In this document: piece by piece, positions 24,323 through 37,943 of the stretch
Position numbering within the stretch: position 1 is the first letter of the stretch
Layout of the letters: each line of letters begins with the position of its first letter
DNA from: Vitrella brassicaformis CCMP3155
Lineage: Eukaryota; Protista; Chromerida
Assembly: GCA_001179505.1 (NCBI GenBank)
Contig: CDMY01000487.1
Location: 1 to 64,000 of the forward strand
Direction: 5' to 3'
DNA length: 64,000 nt
Position numbers and translations under genes: made by a program
The notes under the pieces: model-generated
Seen by the model: only the letters and a program-made list of their open reading frames with translations
Told to the model about the DNA's origin: nothing
Databases searched by the model: none

Positions 24323-27300
24323 TCACAGCACCGTCATGGACTTCCACGACTGCCCGTGCAGGCCACTCACCCACACGCCTCGGCCCCCGTCATCAGCACG
24401 GTGCGAATGTGTCTCTCCATTGCTGCTGGTGCCGACCACCGATCTGCCCGGAAGAAGGTAGAGTGAGCCGATCTCGTGACGCCACGCCCGGCTGAGGTCG
24501 GGGTAGTCACCGACACAGAAGATCTCCCCCGCGTCTTTGTCGTGTGCGAACGCGTAGACACACTTGTCGATGCCGAGCACTCGCGCCTCGTTCATTCGGT
24601 TGGCGAAGCGCAGAACAGCTTTGTCTTTGACCTCGTATCGGTCCACAAAGACGCCATTCCATGGCCTTCCTGTGGCGGGAGTGGACGCGTTGAGGGCCAT
24701 GTGCATCATGTGATCGTAGTCGTTGAGAAGCTGGGCCACGTAAGACACCCCCAGAAATGAGAACTGCCCGAAGTGAGCCACATTGAGAAACACGTCCTCT
24801 TCTGTCCGGCCGTCCAGCGCCGTGGCGACCTGGGCTCTCTGCCGATCCCGCCGCTCCTGCACAGTGGGCATGACGAACACACCACCACCGTCACCCTCCT
24901 CAGAATACGTCCAGATCTCCCCATGGTTGCTGAAGGGCAAGTCGTTCCGGCTCGCCAGCGTCTCGTCGAACCCCGAATCTTCCGTCCATATGACGACAGC
25001 ATGGCGGCCACTGCCGAGGACTTCTCGCACAGTGGTAGACCTGTCGATGGCTGATGGGTAGATGATGTTTGCAAGGGGGCTGGCCATGAGGGCGGTCGCC
25101 ACCAGGTCGGTGTCGCTGGCACGCTCCACGTTGGACAGACGGATGAGCAGCAGGTCGCAGGGATGGGCATCTAGCCATTCGGCGATTGACGCGAATGTGT
25201 GGGCGGCTGTGCGGGTGCTGCGGCCGCTCTCGTGGCATGAAACGGCCTCCGTCGTACCGAAACTGCACACATACACACGGACACAGAGAATCGATGCAGG
25301 TGTCACAAGGGGTGTGTGTGTGTGTGTGTGTGTACCTGCAGAAGTCCAGGTCGAGGGCGCGGATGCCATCGTCCAGCTGTGTGATAAGGGACCTGTTCTG
25401 GCTCTCGTGGAAGCTCTCACAGCCACAGGTAAAGGCCAGGCACTCACAGCCACTCAAATCATACGACTCGCTGTTGTGCGTGCCTGCAAAACACATATGT
25501 GTGTGTCTCCGCACCCCTGATGTCTCCCCCTCTCTCTGTCCTGTAGTACTGACCTGGATAAGTCACGTCCAACACAGGGAGGTCGCACAAACCCCCCACA
25601 CCGTTGCACGCGCGGCACTCCGACTCCTCTGCTATCGACATGGCACTGAGCGGCTCATCGAAGGCACCTGGCGCGTCGTCGCCTATCGGAGGGGCTTGCT
25701 CGGTCACTGAGAGAGAGAGAGAGAGACGGGGGGGGGGGAGAAAGAGAGAGAGAGAGTCAGTCCCGGTGATCGCCGGCAGGCCTGTGTCGCCACTGTGTGT
25801 ACCTTTCCGCATGAATGCGATGGTGCCGTTGGCGGGAGCTATCATGCCGGGCTGCCAGTCATCTGGACTCCCTGCCATCGACAGGGCGCATTGGCCCTTG
25901 ACGAAGCCGCCGTCCTCTTGGCCGATCTCGTCCTCGGCGGTGAAGTCCACACACCGACATGCCAGCTGCTCCACACACCTGCACAGCCACACGACAGATG
26001 CCACAATCATTACCGCCGCCACTGACGTGACGTGACATTCACCTGCCCCTCTCACTCACTTCAAGGCACACGTGTGAAGGCTCATGGTGCCCACATGCTC
26101 CCGCGTAGCGCCTTTGACGACACACACGCCGGATCTCCCCTCCTCGTATGAGCCCTGTAGCCCTGCCTCCATGCGCACCAAGGGAGCAGGAGCGGGTCTC
26201 GCGGCCGCCATAATGGTGGCCCTCTCCTCTCTCTCTGCCTGCTCCCTCTTCGCTGCCTCCGCCGTGCCAACTCGGATATAAGCCCTGTAGCCTCTCACAG
26301 ACGGGCTCTTGACGGCATTGCTGTTCTTGGCGCCCAGACGGCATGACGGCTCGCCCATGCTGCCATCCTTGTGGAAGTCGAAGCATTCGCAGCCCTCCTG
26401 GTCGATGCACGCCGAGGCGCACTCGGCGAGCGTCTCTGTGCTGTGCTTGTGGGCGTGGGAGGCGCAATAGGAAGACGTGATGGTCAGCTTCTTGAGCCAG
26501 CTGTTCTGCACTCGATAGGCGTCGAAGTACAGCAGAGGGGACACTCTGGCCGCAGACAAGCTGGTGCTGGCGGCAGTGGTGGTGGCCGGCGTGGCATTTG
26601 GACGCAGCACTGACACAAGACAGACCAGCATCAAGTCACCACTGTGTGCCCTTCTCTCTCCCTCCCTCCCTCCTACCTCGTTTGTCGTCATCTGTTTCGA
26701 GAAACCCCTGGTCGGCAGAGTCCCGCACCATGGCCATCACGCCAACGAAGGCCCCGTCCCCATTGCCGCCAGATGACGCATCATTGCCATCAGCCGCAAC
26801 CGAGAAGAAGTTGGTGGTCGCCCCGGCATCAGATGCTTTGCTGAGCCGGACGATTCTCTTCTCGCCGGGTGCGCCAAGCTGGCAGGTGGGCGGCTGCTCT
26901 GCCGCCACTGTCAGGTCGAAGCACAGACAGTCACTCAGAGATGCACACCTGCACCGACCAACACACACACACACAAACCACATAGCCCATAACCACACAC
27001 GGCCAGATGTTCAAACGGGAGGCGGTGTGACGGTTTGCGTGTTGTGGTTGCTCACGCTTGAGCACAGCTCTCGACGGTGACATTGGCGATGTGCCGGTCA
27101 TCTCCATCGCTGGCCCTGTGGCTGGCACACTCGACGCCGTCGAACATGTGGTTGTATTTCCTGACGGCGCTGTGGCTCGGCAGGCCAGACAGCGCAGCCA
27201 CTGGCGAACTCCCAGGCTTGGTAGCAGAGGTGGCAGAGGCCAGGCAGCATCGCGACAGTGCCAGCGCGCACAGCAGCAGGGAGGGCAACAGAGATGCCAT
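24323..27300 (-). CDS. Secreted protein: signal peptide, about three PAN/apple-like Cys modules, PI-PLC X-like phosphodiesterase domain, C-terminal beta/gamma-crystallin-like module
   Basis: Signal MASLLPSLLLCALALSRCCLA. PAN-like modules: TVESCAQA|C...CLCFD...TCQL, TLAECASACIDQEGCECFDF...SCRL, and CVEQLACRCVDF...QCAL. PLC-X motifs: GTHNS, QNRSLITQLDDGIRALDLD and SCHE. The tail GDYPDLSRAWRHEIGSLYLLPGRSV resembles a crystallin Greek key. Confidence 0.75.
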
Positions 27301-27447
27301 GGGAGTGTTGCTGAGCCGCCTCCTCTGGGGTCTTGGTTATTGCGGGGATCCCCCCTTTCTTCCGGAGACCTTTCTTTCTTCACTCTTCGAGCAGCGGTTT
27401 CACGCAGCACCCTACGAGGCGAGCAAACAGTGACAACAACATCAGGA

Positions 27448-30400
27448 ATGGCTTTGGGGTCCCACCTGTCCATGGAGGTCATCTTGCGCAAGAAAGACGG
27501 ATTCGTCGCCTTGAAGGAGTTTGAGGACGACCGTCGGGCGCGGGTGGATGCCTTCCGCTCACTCATGGCGCCGCTCAACAAACGGGCATTCGCTATGCTC
27601 GATGATGCCAAGGGTGAGCCAAAACCACCGGCAAAACCAGATCTTTCAGAGTCTCACCATCAGCACCATGTGTGGTTGTGTGCTCAGCGATGGTGAGTGG
27701 CGTGGCCACGGCGCTGACCCAGCGGCTGCAGATGGACAAGGCGTACATCGACAGCCTTCGGAGGTCCGTCCCGCATCGGTCCCTGAGCATGGAGTCGACA
27801 AGAGGCGGCAGACGGCAGCAGACCCACCCGACACAAACATCGCCGCCCAGCCGGCAGAGCAGCAGCGCCAGCAGCACTGGGGGCGAGGGCGGCAGCGGGG
27901 GAGGGAAGATCGACTGCTCGGGCGCCAACACCGTCAAGGAGGCGCTGCGTGAGCTGAATCGGCAGCAGGCTCTGCAGATGGAAGACTTCGTCAAGGTCGC
28001 CTCAGAGGACCTCATACAGGGTGGGTGGGTGAGCGAGAGCCTCGTGTGCGTAAATAAAGGGAGAGAAGGCATCTGCGTGTTGCGTTGCATCACACGTGTG
28101 TGTGTTCTTGCGTTGTGTCAGGTGGTCTCCAGCGTGCTGCGGTAGAGTATGCCCGTGTGTCCAAGCAGCACACGGACCGAGTGGCTGCCGCATGGAGCCT
28201 CCTCGAAACCACAGAAAAAGACTGCAGGCAAGCCCCAGACACAAACACACACACACACGCACACACACGCCCACTTGTTGCGATCGTGTGTGATGGATGC
28301 GATGCAGGCAAAAATGGGATGAGTATGAGCGTCTGTTTCGCGCGGTAGAGTCAACCCAGGTCATGAGCCTCCACCCACCGCATGACGACGACCACGGCAG
28401 CAGCAGCCAGGGCGGCCGGGAAGGAGGAGGGGGTGCGAGGGACTGTTGGCTGCTGGAGCGGTTCTACACCAATGCCGCCACACAATCGAGAGTGGCGCAG
28501 GACGCCTACCTCAAGGCCTTCCAACAGTTCCTTGCCGACTTTGAGCAGCTGGAGCAGGTCAGGTGTGGCGAATGGGCGCGCAGACGGTGCGAAATACATT
28601 ACCGTGTGTGTGTGTGTGTGTGTGGTGCAGTGGCGGTGTCAGACGGTCCGCCACACGGTGAATCAGTTCCTGCAGAAGCTCAAAGTCACGACCACCCACG
28701 TGTCGTCGTCCATCGACGCCTCGCTCACACTGATGCAGGCACTAGACCCTGCAAAAGTGTCAGTGGCCAAGATGATGCACTCCGAAGACCCCTTCGCAAG
28801 GTACGTACGTACAGCACCCACCACCACAGATCCACAGATCGGCTTCCTTGCTCATCTGTCCGCTGTTCCTCTTTTCTACCGGGCAGCCCCGCTCCTCCCC
28901 ACAACCCAGCAGAGGCCGACGCGGGTCAGTCGGCCCAGCAGCGGTCTGCACGGCGAGGGTCGGCGTCCAGGAGGCCCCCACTGCCACCCCAGCAGCAGCA
29001 GCAGATGCAGCAGACAAGGGTAGAGGACGAGACCAGTGTGGCCCTGTCGGCCTTTCTCAGTCAGGCGGAGGAGCTGACGAAACTCCCAAACCCGCCACAG
29101 ACGTCCCTCGTCAAGAAAGCGGGTGAGAAAGGGTGTTTGTGTTTGTGGTGTGTGTGGGTCGGTGATGCATTGAGCCAGTTCGTCCCGGGATGAGATCATT
29201 GGTTTTGTGTGCCTTTGACGTAGGCATCGTCAAGCGGCCGACGAGTGGTCTGTTCCAGCGTCAGAAGGACGGTGTGCTGGTGCTGACGTATGACCGTTTC
29301 CTCCACCTGTTCAAGAGCGAGGCCGACCCTCTCCCAGCCACCTCCGTCTCTCTCGACCTCTCCACCGTGTCTGTCGTCCAAGACCACAACCAGCCGTCCC
29401 CTCCCCCTGCCCCTCCGTCTGCCTCTGCCAGCAGTGGCAGTGCCACGCCCACCGCCATCCCCACGATAGAGGTGCAGGAGACCAAACGCGTCGGCCCCTT
29501 CCGGATGTTCAGCTCCAACAAGCGGCTGGTGTTCACCCCACTCACGGCCGGCGAGGCCTCATCGTGGCTGGAGATCCTCAAGGGCGGCAGTGCTGCTGCT
29601 GGTCGTAGTGCTACCGCCCAGCGGCCACCCCCGCCCGCTTTGCCGCTGGGCACGCCCCCACCTGCTGGCAGCGAGCAGGACGGCGATGGCGCGACGAAGG
29701 TGGAGCCCTCGCTGGGCGACCACGGGTCGTTCCCCTCCACCCCCAGCCCATTTGACACCTCGCAGGAAGGACCCCTCCTGCCAGAGAAGGAGGAGGGGAC
29801 CCTCAGTGCTGCAGGGCAAGACACCCTTACCAACGGAGGAGAGGCGGGGGCTGCGACAAACGACACACATCATGAAGAAGAGGGCGGCCAGGAGAGGGCG
29901 GCGATGGTGTTTGACGACCCGCCAAGGCCCCCACCCCCACCCGCGGTGCCAGTGGATCTGAGCAGCACAGTGGAGAGGCGGCAGATGGACAACGGCGGGC
30001 CATCGCTGGACGACGGCACTGGAGATGCAGAAGGTGGGCGGGTGAATGGGTAGTGCGCACAGTACAGGCAGACAGACAGACAGGGAGATAGACAGGTAGG
30101 CTGCATGGCCTGGCTGCAGAGTGCCGTGCCGTGCCGTGTCGTGAGCTGACTGGCCATCCGCTCTCCCTCTCCCTCACGTCTGTCTGTCTGCCTGTGTTAT
30201 GAATGCCGTGGTGGTCTGCATCACCCATTATTCATTCAGGCAGCAAGAGAGGCCACAACCCCCCGCCCCCATCAGCAAGCCAGCCGTCCACCCGCGCAGC
30301 CACCACCATGGCTGAGGATAGTCATGGCAGCGAGTCACCCCCCTGTCTGCCTCCTGCCTTCATCGCAGACCCCTTTCCCTTTGTCGTGCCCCCCGCCCCT

Positions 30401-30520
30401 GGTGTGGGTGTGGGTGTGTGTTGCCCTGCAGATATCGGAGGCGACTTTGGGACGGGCAGGGCTCAGGAGGCTATGTCACCGCTGCCTTCGATCGAAGACG
30501 GCGAGAGCGTAGGTGGATAG
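27448..30520 (+). CDS. F-BAR-like coiled-coil plus PH domain protein (multi-exon)
   Basis: Helical N-terminal half (QRLQMDKAYIDSL, KWDEYERLF, RDCWLLERFY). PH-like segment: KRPTSGLFQRQKDGVLVLTYDRFLHLF...RLVFTPLTAGEASSWLEIL. Pro-rich tail. Two further 3' exons (about 30240-30399 and 30430-30520) splice in frame. Confidence 0.65.
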
Positions 30521-30710
30521 GGGGGAGGGAGGGTGGTTGATAAAGCGGATGGGCCTCTTGGTTCGTGTGTTGCTTAGCGTCTCGACTGCTTAGATGTCTG
30601 CGTGGTAGTGATACGGACAAAGCGTTTTTTGGGTGTGGACCCGTTTATTGTCATCAAGTCTCAGCATTGTGCCGAGATCCACCGCGAAAAACCCCATTGT
30701 CAATGCCCTT

Positions 30711-30865
30711 CACTTCGTCTAAGGCCCCCTGCTGCCCTAACGTGATGTGGGTGTACCATATCGTACCCACTTCGTCTAAGGCCCCCTGCTGCCCTAACGT
30801 GTCGTACCCACTTCGTCTAACGCCCCCTGCTGCCCTAACGTGATGAGGGTGTATCATATCGTACC
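30711..30865. repeat. Intergenic minisatellite, three units of 57/41/57 bp
   Basis: The core cacttcgtctaaggccccctgctgccctaacgtg starts at 30711, 30768 and 30809. The middle unit lacks 16 bp. Confidence 0.95.
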
Positions 30866-31340
30866 CTCTATATTCATCAACGAGTTTCGTTTCGTGCAGA
30901 ACGTCACGTCACACAAGTACGCCACTGTTTCACATCACAGCATACACACGTGAGTCGAGTGAGCCCTTTCGTTACAACGTTCAGTACTCCCTTACATGAA
31001 AGCCACCCATCCAGGCAGGCAGGCGACACACAGTGAGGGCAGCGATTACGTCGATTGCGTCGTGTTACATACAGACAGACATATGAAACGCTGTAATGTA
31101 GATATGTCTGTTACTGCGTTTCATGTCTGTCTCTTCTTGACACGACGTAATCGACGTTACTGCTGCAACAAACAGACCTTGAGAGTGATCCACTGCACAT
31201 TAACGTCACCGTGCTGGCTCACAAGACACCAGTGTCAATGTCAATGTCATTGTCACTGTCATTGTCAAGCCATTGTCTCACATCGCAATGCAGACTCAGA
31301 CCGTTGCACATACACATGCGTCAAGGTGTCAGTCCGAGAG

Positions 31341-32289
31341 TCAGCCCTTTCTAGGCCAGTGATCAGGAAAACTCCCAGTGAAGCCGGCAAAGTCAAACCC
31401 TCGGGCCCGGTGGTTGAAGCTCTCCACCCACCGAAACAGCGCCCCGTCAGTGTAGAACCGCCTCGTGTAGTCAAGCACCCGTTTCGCCTGCAGCCGGTCG
31501 ATGTCAGCCGCCAGGATGTCGACCCGCAGGAGTGCCAGCTGCTTGGAGGCCAGGAGGTCATCAAACACGGTGACGATCAAATGGGGCGAGGCAGCCTGGG
31601 CATCACGCTGAAACTCCTCTGAGCCATAAAGGAACACAGACACAGAGAAAAGGAGACAGAGAGATGGGGAGGGCCGGCATCGGCATGTCTGAGCGCCTGT
31701 GTGGGGGGATGGTCGAAGGCGCTCACCGAGTGATGTGTAAAGGATGTGCTTCTTGTCCTGGAACTGCAGCACAAGTGTCCTGAATCCCTGCGTGCCCTGC
31801 AGCTGCACCTTGGCCGCCTCGATGCCGTTGCCCTTCATGTCGTGGTGAGGGGACTTGGTCAGCGGCGCGATGAACATGGGAGCATGGGACGCACTGAGCA
31901 CATTAATCACACACCACACACATAGCCATCGGACAGCCACAGAGAAAGCGCCATGAATACATCCGGCTGACCCATCCATCCATCCATTCTGCCTACTTCT
32001 TGGTCAGTGTGTCGTACTCGTCCGGCTGCAGCACATCGGTGAGCACCCGTGGCTTGTCCTTGAACTGCTCCAGCCACAGGTACTCAATCGTCGAGGGCGT
32101 CTCCCGCTCGAACAACGACATCTTGACCACCTCACGCAGCTGCCGCGGGACGGGATAAGTGAAGCCAAACCGACGGCACTGCTGATATCGATAGTGATGC
32201 CGACGATGACCGACGATGGGAGGGCAGGGAGGGCACTGAGTGGGGGAGGCGGGGAGAAGGGATCGATGCAGATGTCGGGCGCTCGTCAT
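31341..32289 (-). CDS. ATP11: Mitochondrial F1-ATPase assembly factor ATP11 (ATPAF1)
   Basis: Arg-rich presequence followed by PRQLREVVKMSLF...IEYLWLEQF, PMFIAP, LVLQFQ, LYTSL|EEFQRDAQAASPHLIVTVFDDLLASKQLALLR, and FYTD...VESFNHRARGFDF. Confidence 0.85.
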
Positions 32290-32466
32290 GAGAGGTGGCC
32301 TCTGGGGCTTGGCTGAGGGGGAGCGGGGATCTGCGCGAGCTGAAAGCTGCGAGCTTAGCGGGGAGAAGGGAGGAAAGCTCCGGGGCAGAGCGCACGTCAG
32401 CAGCTTGCGACCGCCTTTCTGGATGATCTTTCATTGGATATCTTGGCATCACTCATCCGGCACAGG

Positions 32467-33836
32467 ATGATGCCCATCCCACCCGCAGTGATAGCTATGG
32501 CGGTCCTGGTCCTGCTTCTCTCGGCCGACGCCTTCCTTGCCCCAAGCAGGAGCCCTGCCACCCAGCCCAACAGCCCCTGTTTGTTCCCTCTCCCTCGCCA
32601 CCAGCGCTTCTACCCATCCCGGCTCTTCAGCACGGATACCATGGCCTTGACGGACACTCTTCGGGAGCTCATCACGGCGCCGAAAGACAGAGAGGAGGTG
32701 CTGGATGTGTGCAGCCAGCTGGCGGCCACACAGGGGCCTGACAGTGGGGTGCAGGTGCAGGTGGAGCCGCTTCTCCAGGGGGACTGGCGGGTCTTGTACA
32801 GCACTTTGGGGCAGCCGAAAAAGAAAAAGGGCGGCTCAGCTGAGGAGCCAGCACCAGCACCAAGACTCCCGCCGGCAGTGCCGCTGCGCTTTCTCTCATT
32901 CGGCGCTTTGCCAGGCAAGCTAAGCTGACAGGAGGAGAAATAATATTCACTCTTGCATGAGTATGCGTGTGTGTTCCGTGTGTGACTGGTCTGTCTGTCT
33001 GTCTGCAGGGACGAAGGTGTGCGTGACGCGGGGCTTCAATCGCATCTCTGACGGGGTATACAGTCTGGTCAACGTGTTCAAGGTGCCGCCAGAGGACGGC
33101 GAGAAGCTCTATGCTCAGCACCTGCCCGAGGGCACGCCGCCACCGCCGGAGAGCACCGAGGCGGCCATGGTTCTGTTTGGGCCGTGCTCCTTCCCTGACG
33201 GTAGGTGTGGATGTCTGTCTGTCTGTGTATCAGTTCACCGGAAGGACGCACTCATGTGGAGGCGCACGTGGATGGAGGGAGGGAGGGAGGGATGGAGGGA
33301 TGTGTGTGACGTGTGTGTGTTCAGGTCCGACCACCCAGCGGTGTCAGGTCAAGTTCGACAACGTCCAGGTACACGCTAGCACACTGGGCGAGCTCAGGCA
33401 GGCAATCGTGGATACGGCCTTCGTGTGTGTGTGTGTGTGCGTCTCGTCAGGTGGTGCCTCTGCTGTCGTCTGATGGTTTGGTCGACGCCGAGAGCGACAA
33501 GATCGTCCGGGCGATAGAGAGCAAAGCCGGCCGAGGCGGCACAATAATGCCCAAGAGACTCCCATTCCTAATCAGAGCTCTCAGGGTGAGGAGGCCGGTC
33601 CTCACCCACCACACAAGGACACAACAGCCACACACGCTACGCTGCCGGCACGCAATGGTGTGATGTGTGTGTCAACCAATAATCACTCCCTCACTCAGGC
33701 CGACAAGACCTTTATCGACATCACATATATCGACCGTGAGCTGCGTGTGCACGTCGGCAAGAGCGGCCAGAGCTACGTACTCGAGAAGATACCCGATGGG
33801 ACCATACCCTTCAGATGGGGCGGGTGGACCGACTGA
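32467..33836 (+). CDS. Plastid lipid-associated protein (PAP/fibrillin family)
   Basis: Bipartite leader MMPIPPAVIAMAVLVLLLSADAF. Motifs LLQGDWRVLYST and a terminal FIDITYIDRELRVHVGKSGQSYVLEK are fibrillin hallmarks. Confidence 0.85.
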
Positions 33837-34724
33837 CTGATCCATGTGGGAGGCACTGTGGCACTGTGGCAGGCAGTTTCTGAGGCCGTCCGTGTTGTTA
33901 AGAGAGGGAGAAGGAGGACTGTGTCTTGCTCGCACGATGTGGAGTGGACAGGGAGGGGCATTTAGGTGAGACTGACTGTTCCGTCTGGGTGTCCGCCAAG
34001 TTGGTGCATGCCTTGACTGCCGCTACGGGAGACGGCTCAGCGCGGGAACTCTCGTGGTGAAGCTGCCTCATGGTGTGGTAGTTTAGGCACGAGCCAAAGC
34101 GACACAGACAGACTTCGTCTGCAGTGATATCATTTAAGTGGCGTGGTGTTCTGTGGTGTGGGAGTGAGGGAAGCACACAAGGATTCACGAAGGGAGAAGC
34201 GGAGTCTCCCATGCACACGCGCACACGCACACAGGAGGTCTAAGCAGGCAGGGAGGCACGGAGGGCAGGGAGGCAGACAACACTAGGCATGCAGCCATCC
34301 ACCATGTCATGAAGTGCGGGGCTCGGGGGGAAGGAGGAAGGCTATCGGGGTCATCAGCAGTGCTGCCGATGATTGACATGGTACCAATGATATACACACA
34401 AGAGGAGGGCCCTTCCTGATCGTCCGCACCGCAACACCACCATCACACCAGCACACTAGCACTCTCTCTCTCTCTCTCTCTCTGCCCATCCAAAAAGCAT
34501 CGCGTCCGTCCGCCACGACACACCGCAAAAAATACCGCACACACAGACGGACGGACTACTGGATGGAGGGAGGGAGGGAGGGCTGGATCAGCGGATGGAC
34601 GCAGCACAGCCCCCAACAATGGCGACCGTTGGTTCTGTCTACTCGTCCCTGCCGCCCGAGGTATACACACACATTCGCCTCTCTGACGACCGACACCCAC
34701 CCGCCCGCCACACACATCACTGTA

Positions 34725-37700
34725 TCACTCTTGAGGATTGGCAGCGTCCATGGCGAGGCGGATAGGGTCGTACTGGTGCAGCAGGCCGGGCACCTCCATC
34801 AGCCGCTGCTGCTCGATCTGCCGGCTCCGCTGCAGAGCCTCGTCGCGCTCGGTGCGGTACAGCTCCGTCAGGCCCTCCGCGTCACCACCGGCATACTCCT
34901 GCACTCAAACACACACACAAACACCACCTCAGTGGGGTGGTGGGTGTGGGTGTGGGTACCTACCTTGATTTGGACGAGGAAGTCTCTTATGTGGGATTGG
35001 AACTCGGTGTGGTTGCCGCTCTTGTTGAAGAGGTCCAGCACGAAGGCCTCCACCTGGTTCCTGCAGCCAGGGAGATGGGATGGATGGATGGAGGGAGGGA
35101 GGATGGGTGTGTGTGTGACCGGTTTACCTACCTGTTGAGTGTGGCGAACGTCTGGCAGAGCATGTTGCAGATGTACTCCCTGGGGGCACAGACAGAGTGT
35201 GGTGTGGTGGTTGTGGGTGTGAGTCTGTCTGTCTGTCTGTCTGGCTGCTTACATGACTTCCTGTTTGGACGTGACGCCGCGCAGCTTGCCCAAATCAACT
35301 GCCGTCACCAGCTGCACACACACACACACACACACAGACAGGGAGACACAGAGAGAGAGAGAGACGATGGCCTCTGTGTGTGTGTGCCGATGTCCGCAGT
35401 CCGTCCGCACCTCCATCAGGATGATGGTTTGGTGTTTGAATCCCGCCTTGTGCAGTGTGTCGGTGAGGACCACAAAGATGTCGTGCAGCAACAGCTGGTA
35501 GTAGCTCTTAAAGAAATTGCCGCACAACTGCAGTCCACACAAGACAAGCCACACACACCAACCACACACACACAACACACAACCGGACAGACAAATGCAT
35601 TTGATTCCATCATCGAACAAACAGCACGGGAAGGTTGATCTCTGACACACAGACCTGTGGGTCAAGGTGGAGCACCTTGTCGAGGAAGTCGCTCAGCACC
35701 CGGAGCCCCGCGTCGGCCACCGAGGGGTGCTCATGCTTGATGGCCCACACCAGGGAGTCGACAAACAGACGCAGACGCTGCTCCGGCAGCAAAAATAAGG
35801 CTGCATTGCATCCACACGTTGGCCACACACACAGCACACACACAGCCGTCTGTCGCGTGAGGGAGCGGCGTGTGTGCACCGTACCGTCGAAGCAGTAAGT
35901 GTTGCAGGCGCGCAGGAGTGCGTAGAAGTTGACGCGGTGGTCGGGGTAGCTTTGGAAGTCAGATTTGATCATCTCCAGGGTGGGGTCAAACACCATCTCA
36001 AAGATACGGGGCACTTGCTGCAATTTTCACACCACACGAAGACAGGACAGGCACACAACACACAAACCATGCCAGCCAGCGCCAAGCAAACACAATGCAT
36101 TCAGCCGAGTCGTGTGACGTACGTACCGGTGTGATTGATGGGGACAGCTTCGATATGAGCGTCGACAGCAGCGACAGCACCTCAGGGTCACGCGCCTGCG
36201 GATGGTTGGCCCTATAGTGCACCACACGCCACAGCACAGCACACACACAGAGAGATACATGCACCAACGCCCACACGCCCACCCCATCACCCCATCACCC
36301 CATCATCACACCCCACCTACCTGTAGTCAGCGAGCACCGGTTCGAGCAGCGGCGGCACGAGTCCGCTGCACACCCTCTGTATCAGCTCCGACCGCCGGCT
36401 GCTCTGCGTCTCACGGCCACCCCCAGGGATGCCATTCGTCTCGGGGATCTCGCCCGTCGCCCCGGCTGCAGGCTGGTGCTGACTGCCGGGGGGCCCGTGG
36501 GGGTCAGGGGGGATCGCCTGGTGATTGACAGACACACGCCATTAATGGGTGGGACAGAGAGAGGGGGTGGGTGTTTGGAGGGTGGGGGCGAAGGAAGGGT
36601 CGTGTGTTACCTTCTCGACGAATGTTTCGACGAGTTTGAGTGTGTCCCTTTTGAAGGTGCGCATGCCTTTGATCTGGGAGTGGCCCATGATCTGCGGACC
36701 GTTGCTCGCGACCTTGGACGAGATGCCCTCACTGCATCACATCAATGCATCCATTCACTCACTCATGGCACAGACCTGTGTGTGCGCAGTGTCTGCAGGC
36801 ATCTATCTATCTGTGTGTGTGACAGATGGTTGCCTGTAGTATTTGTAGACCCGCAGGACCTGCTGGTAAATGCTGCCCAGCTGGTGCTCCATCGCACTGC
36901 CAGCAGAACTGATCAACGCCACCCACATCAGCCACAGAATTATCGATCCCTCTGCAGTCGTGCTGTGCTGTGCGGTGTGTAGTGTGTGGTCAGCAGCTGA
37001 CCTCGCGACCCGTTCGTTCGTCCTGAGAAAGTGGGAGAGCTGCCGCATTGCGTTGAGGTCGACCAGTATGCCCTCGTTCTGCACACACACGGCACAATCA
37101 ATGCCCACACATCACATGGACGGTCCACGTAGGCACATCCTCCACACATACCTGTGAGGCCGCTTGGAGTAGGTGGTTCCACTGGGCGTTGAGGTGGGAC
37201 ATCAACCCTGCCACGCACACACACACACACACACACAGACACTGCGCCAGCATGCCTTCCTGCCTCCCGCCGTTCACCGCACCATCGACGTATTGGTATT
37301 GCTCCTGCTGTGTGGGCGCCTCAGCGATCATGTACCCCACGGCCTCGTAGAAGGTCTGCTGGTCGCCGAACTCCAAGTCGGCCGTGTGGCCCTGCAGCTG
37401 ACCATTCGGCCCTGCACACCAAGCCACACACACACACACGTGTGCAGTGTTCGTGTGTCTGTTTGGGTCTTTGGTTACGTGTGAGTTCGGCGAGGAAGCA
37501 CTCGGCCTCTGCCGGCTGCACCTGGACGAACTTCTTGCGACACTTCTGAGATATCTTCAGAAACGTCTCACAAGCCATTTTCTGACGAACACATACACAG
37601 AGAGAGAGTGAGAGAGGGTATGTGTGTGTGTGTGTGTGTGGATGGGTCGGTGGACACCTGACCTGCACGCCGGGGAACGTCTCGTGCATGAACTCAAAGA

Positions 37701-37911
37701 GCTTGAGCAGCACCGTCTTGAGGAACTTCCAGTGCGCACGCAGAAACCTACACCAACCACGCGCGCGCACACACACACACACACAGAAGAGAGATAGAGA
37801 GTGGGTGTGTAAACCAGTGTGTGTGTGGGTGTGTGTCAGGACTTACCTTGGGTATTGCCCGACCACATACATGATGCAGCTGGCCACAATCTGCACACGC
37901 ACAACACGGAC

Positions 37912-37943
<32 letters not shown>

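Noticed and set aside
30711-30865. CRISPR-like array
   Set aside because: The spacers are copies of each other (23/7/23 nt), the context is eukaryotic, and there are no cas genes. It is a minisatellite.
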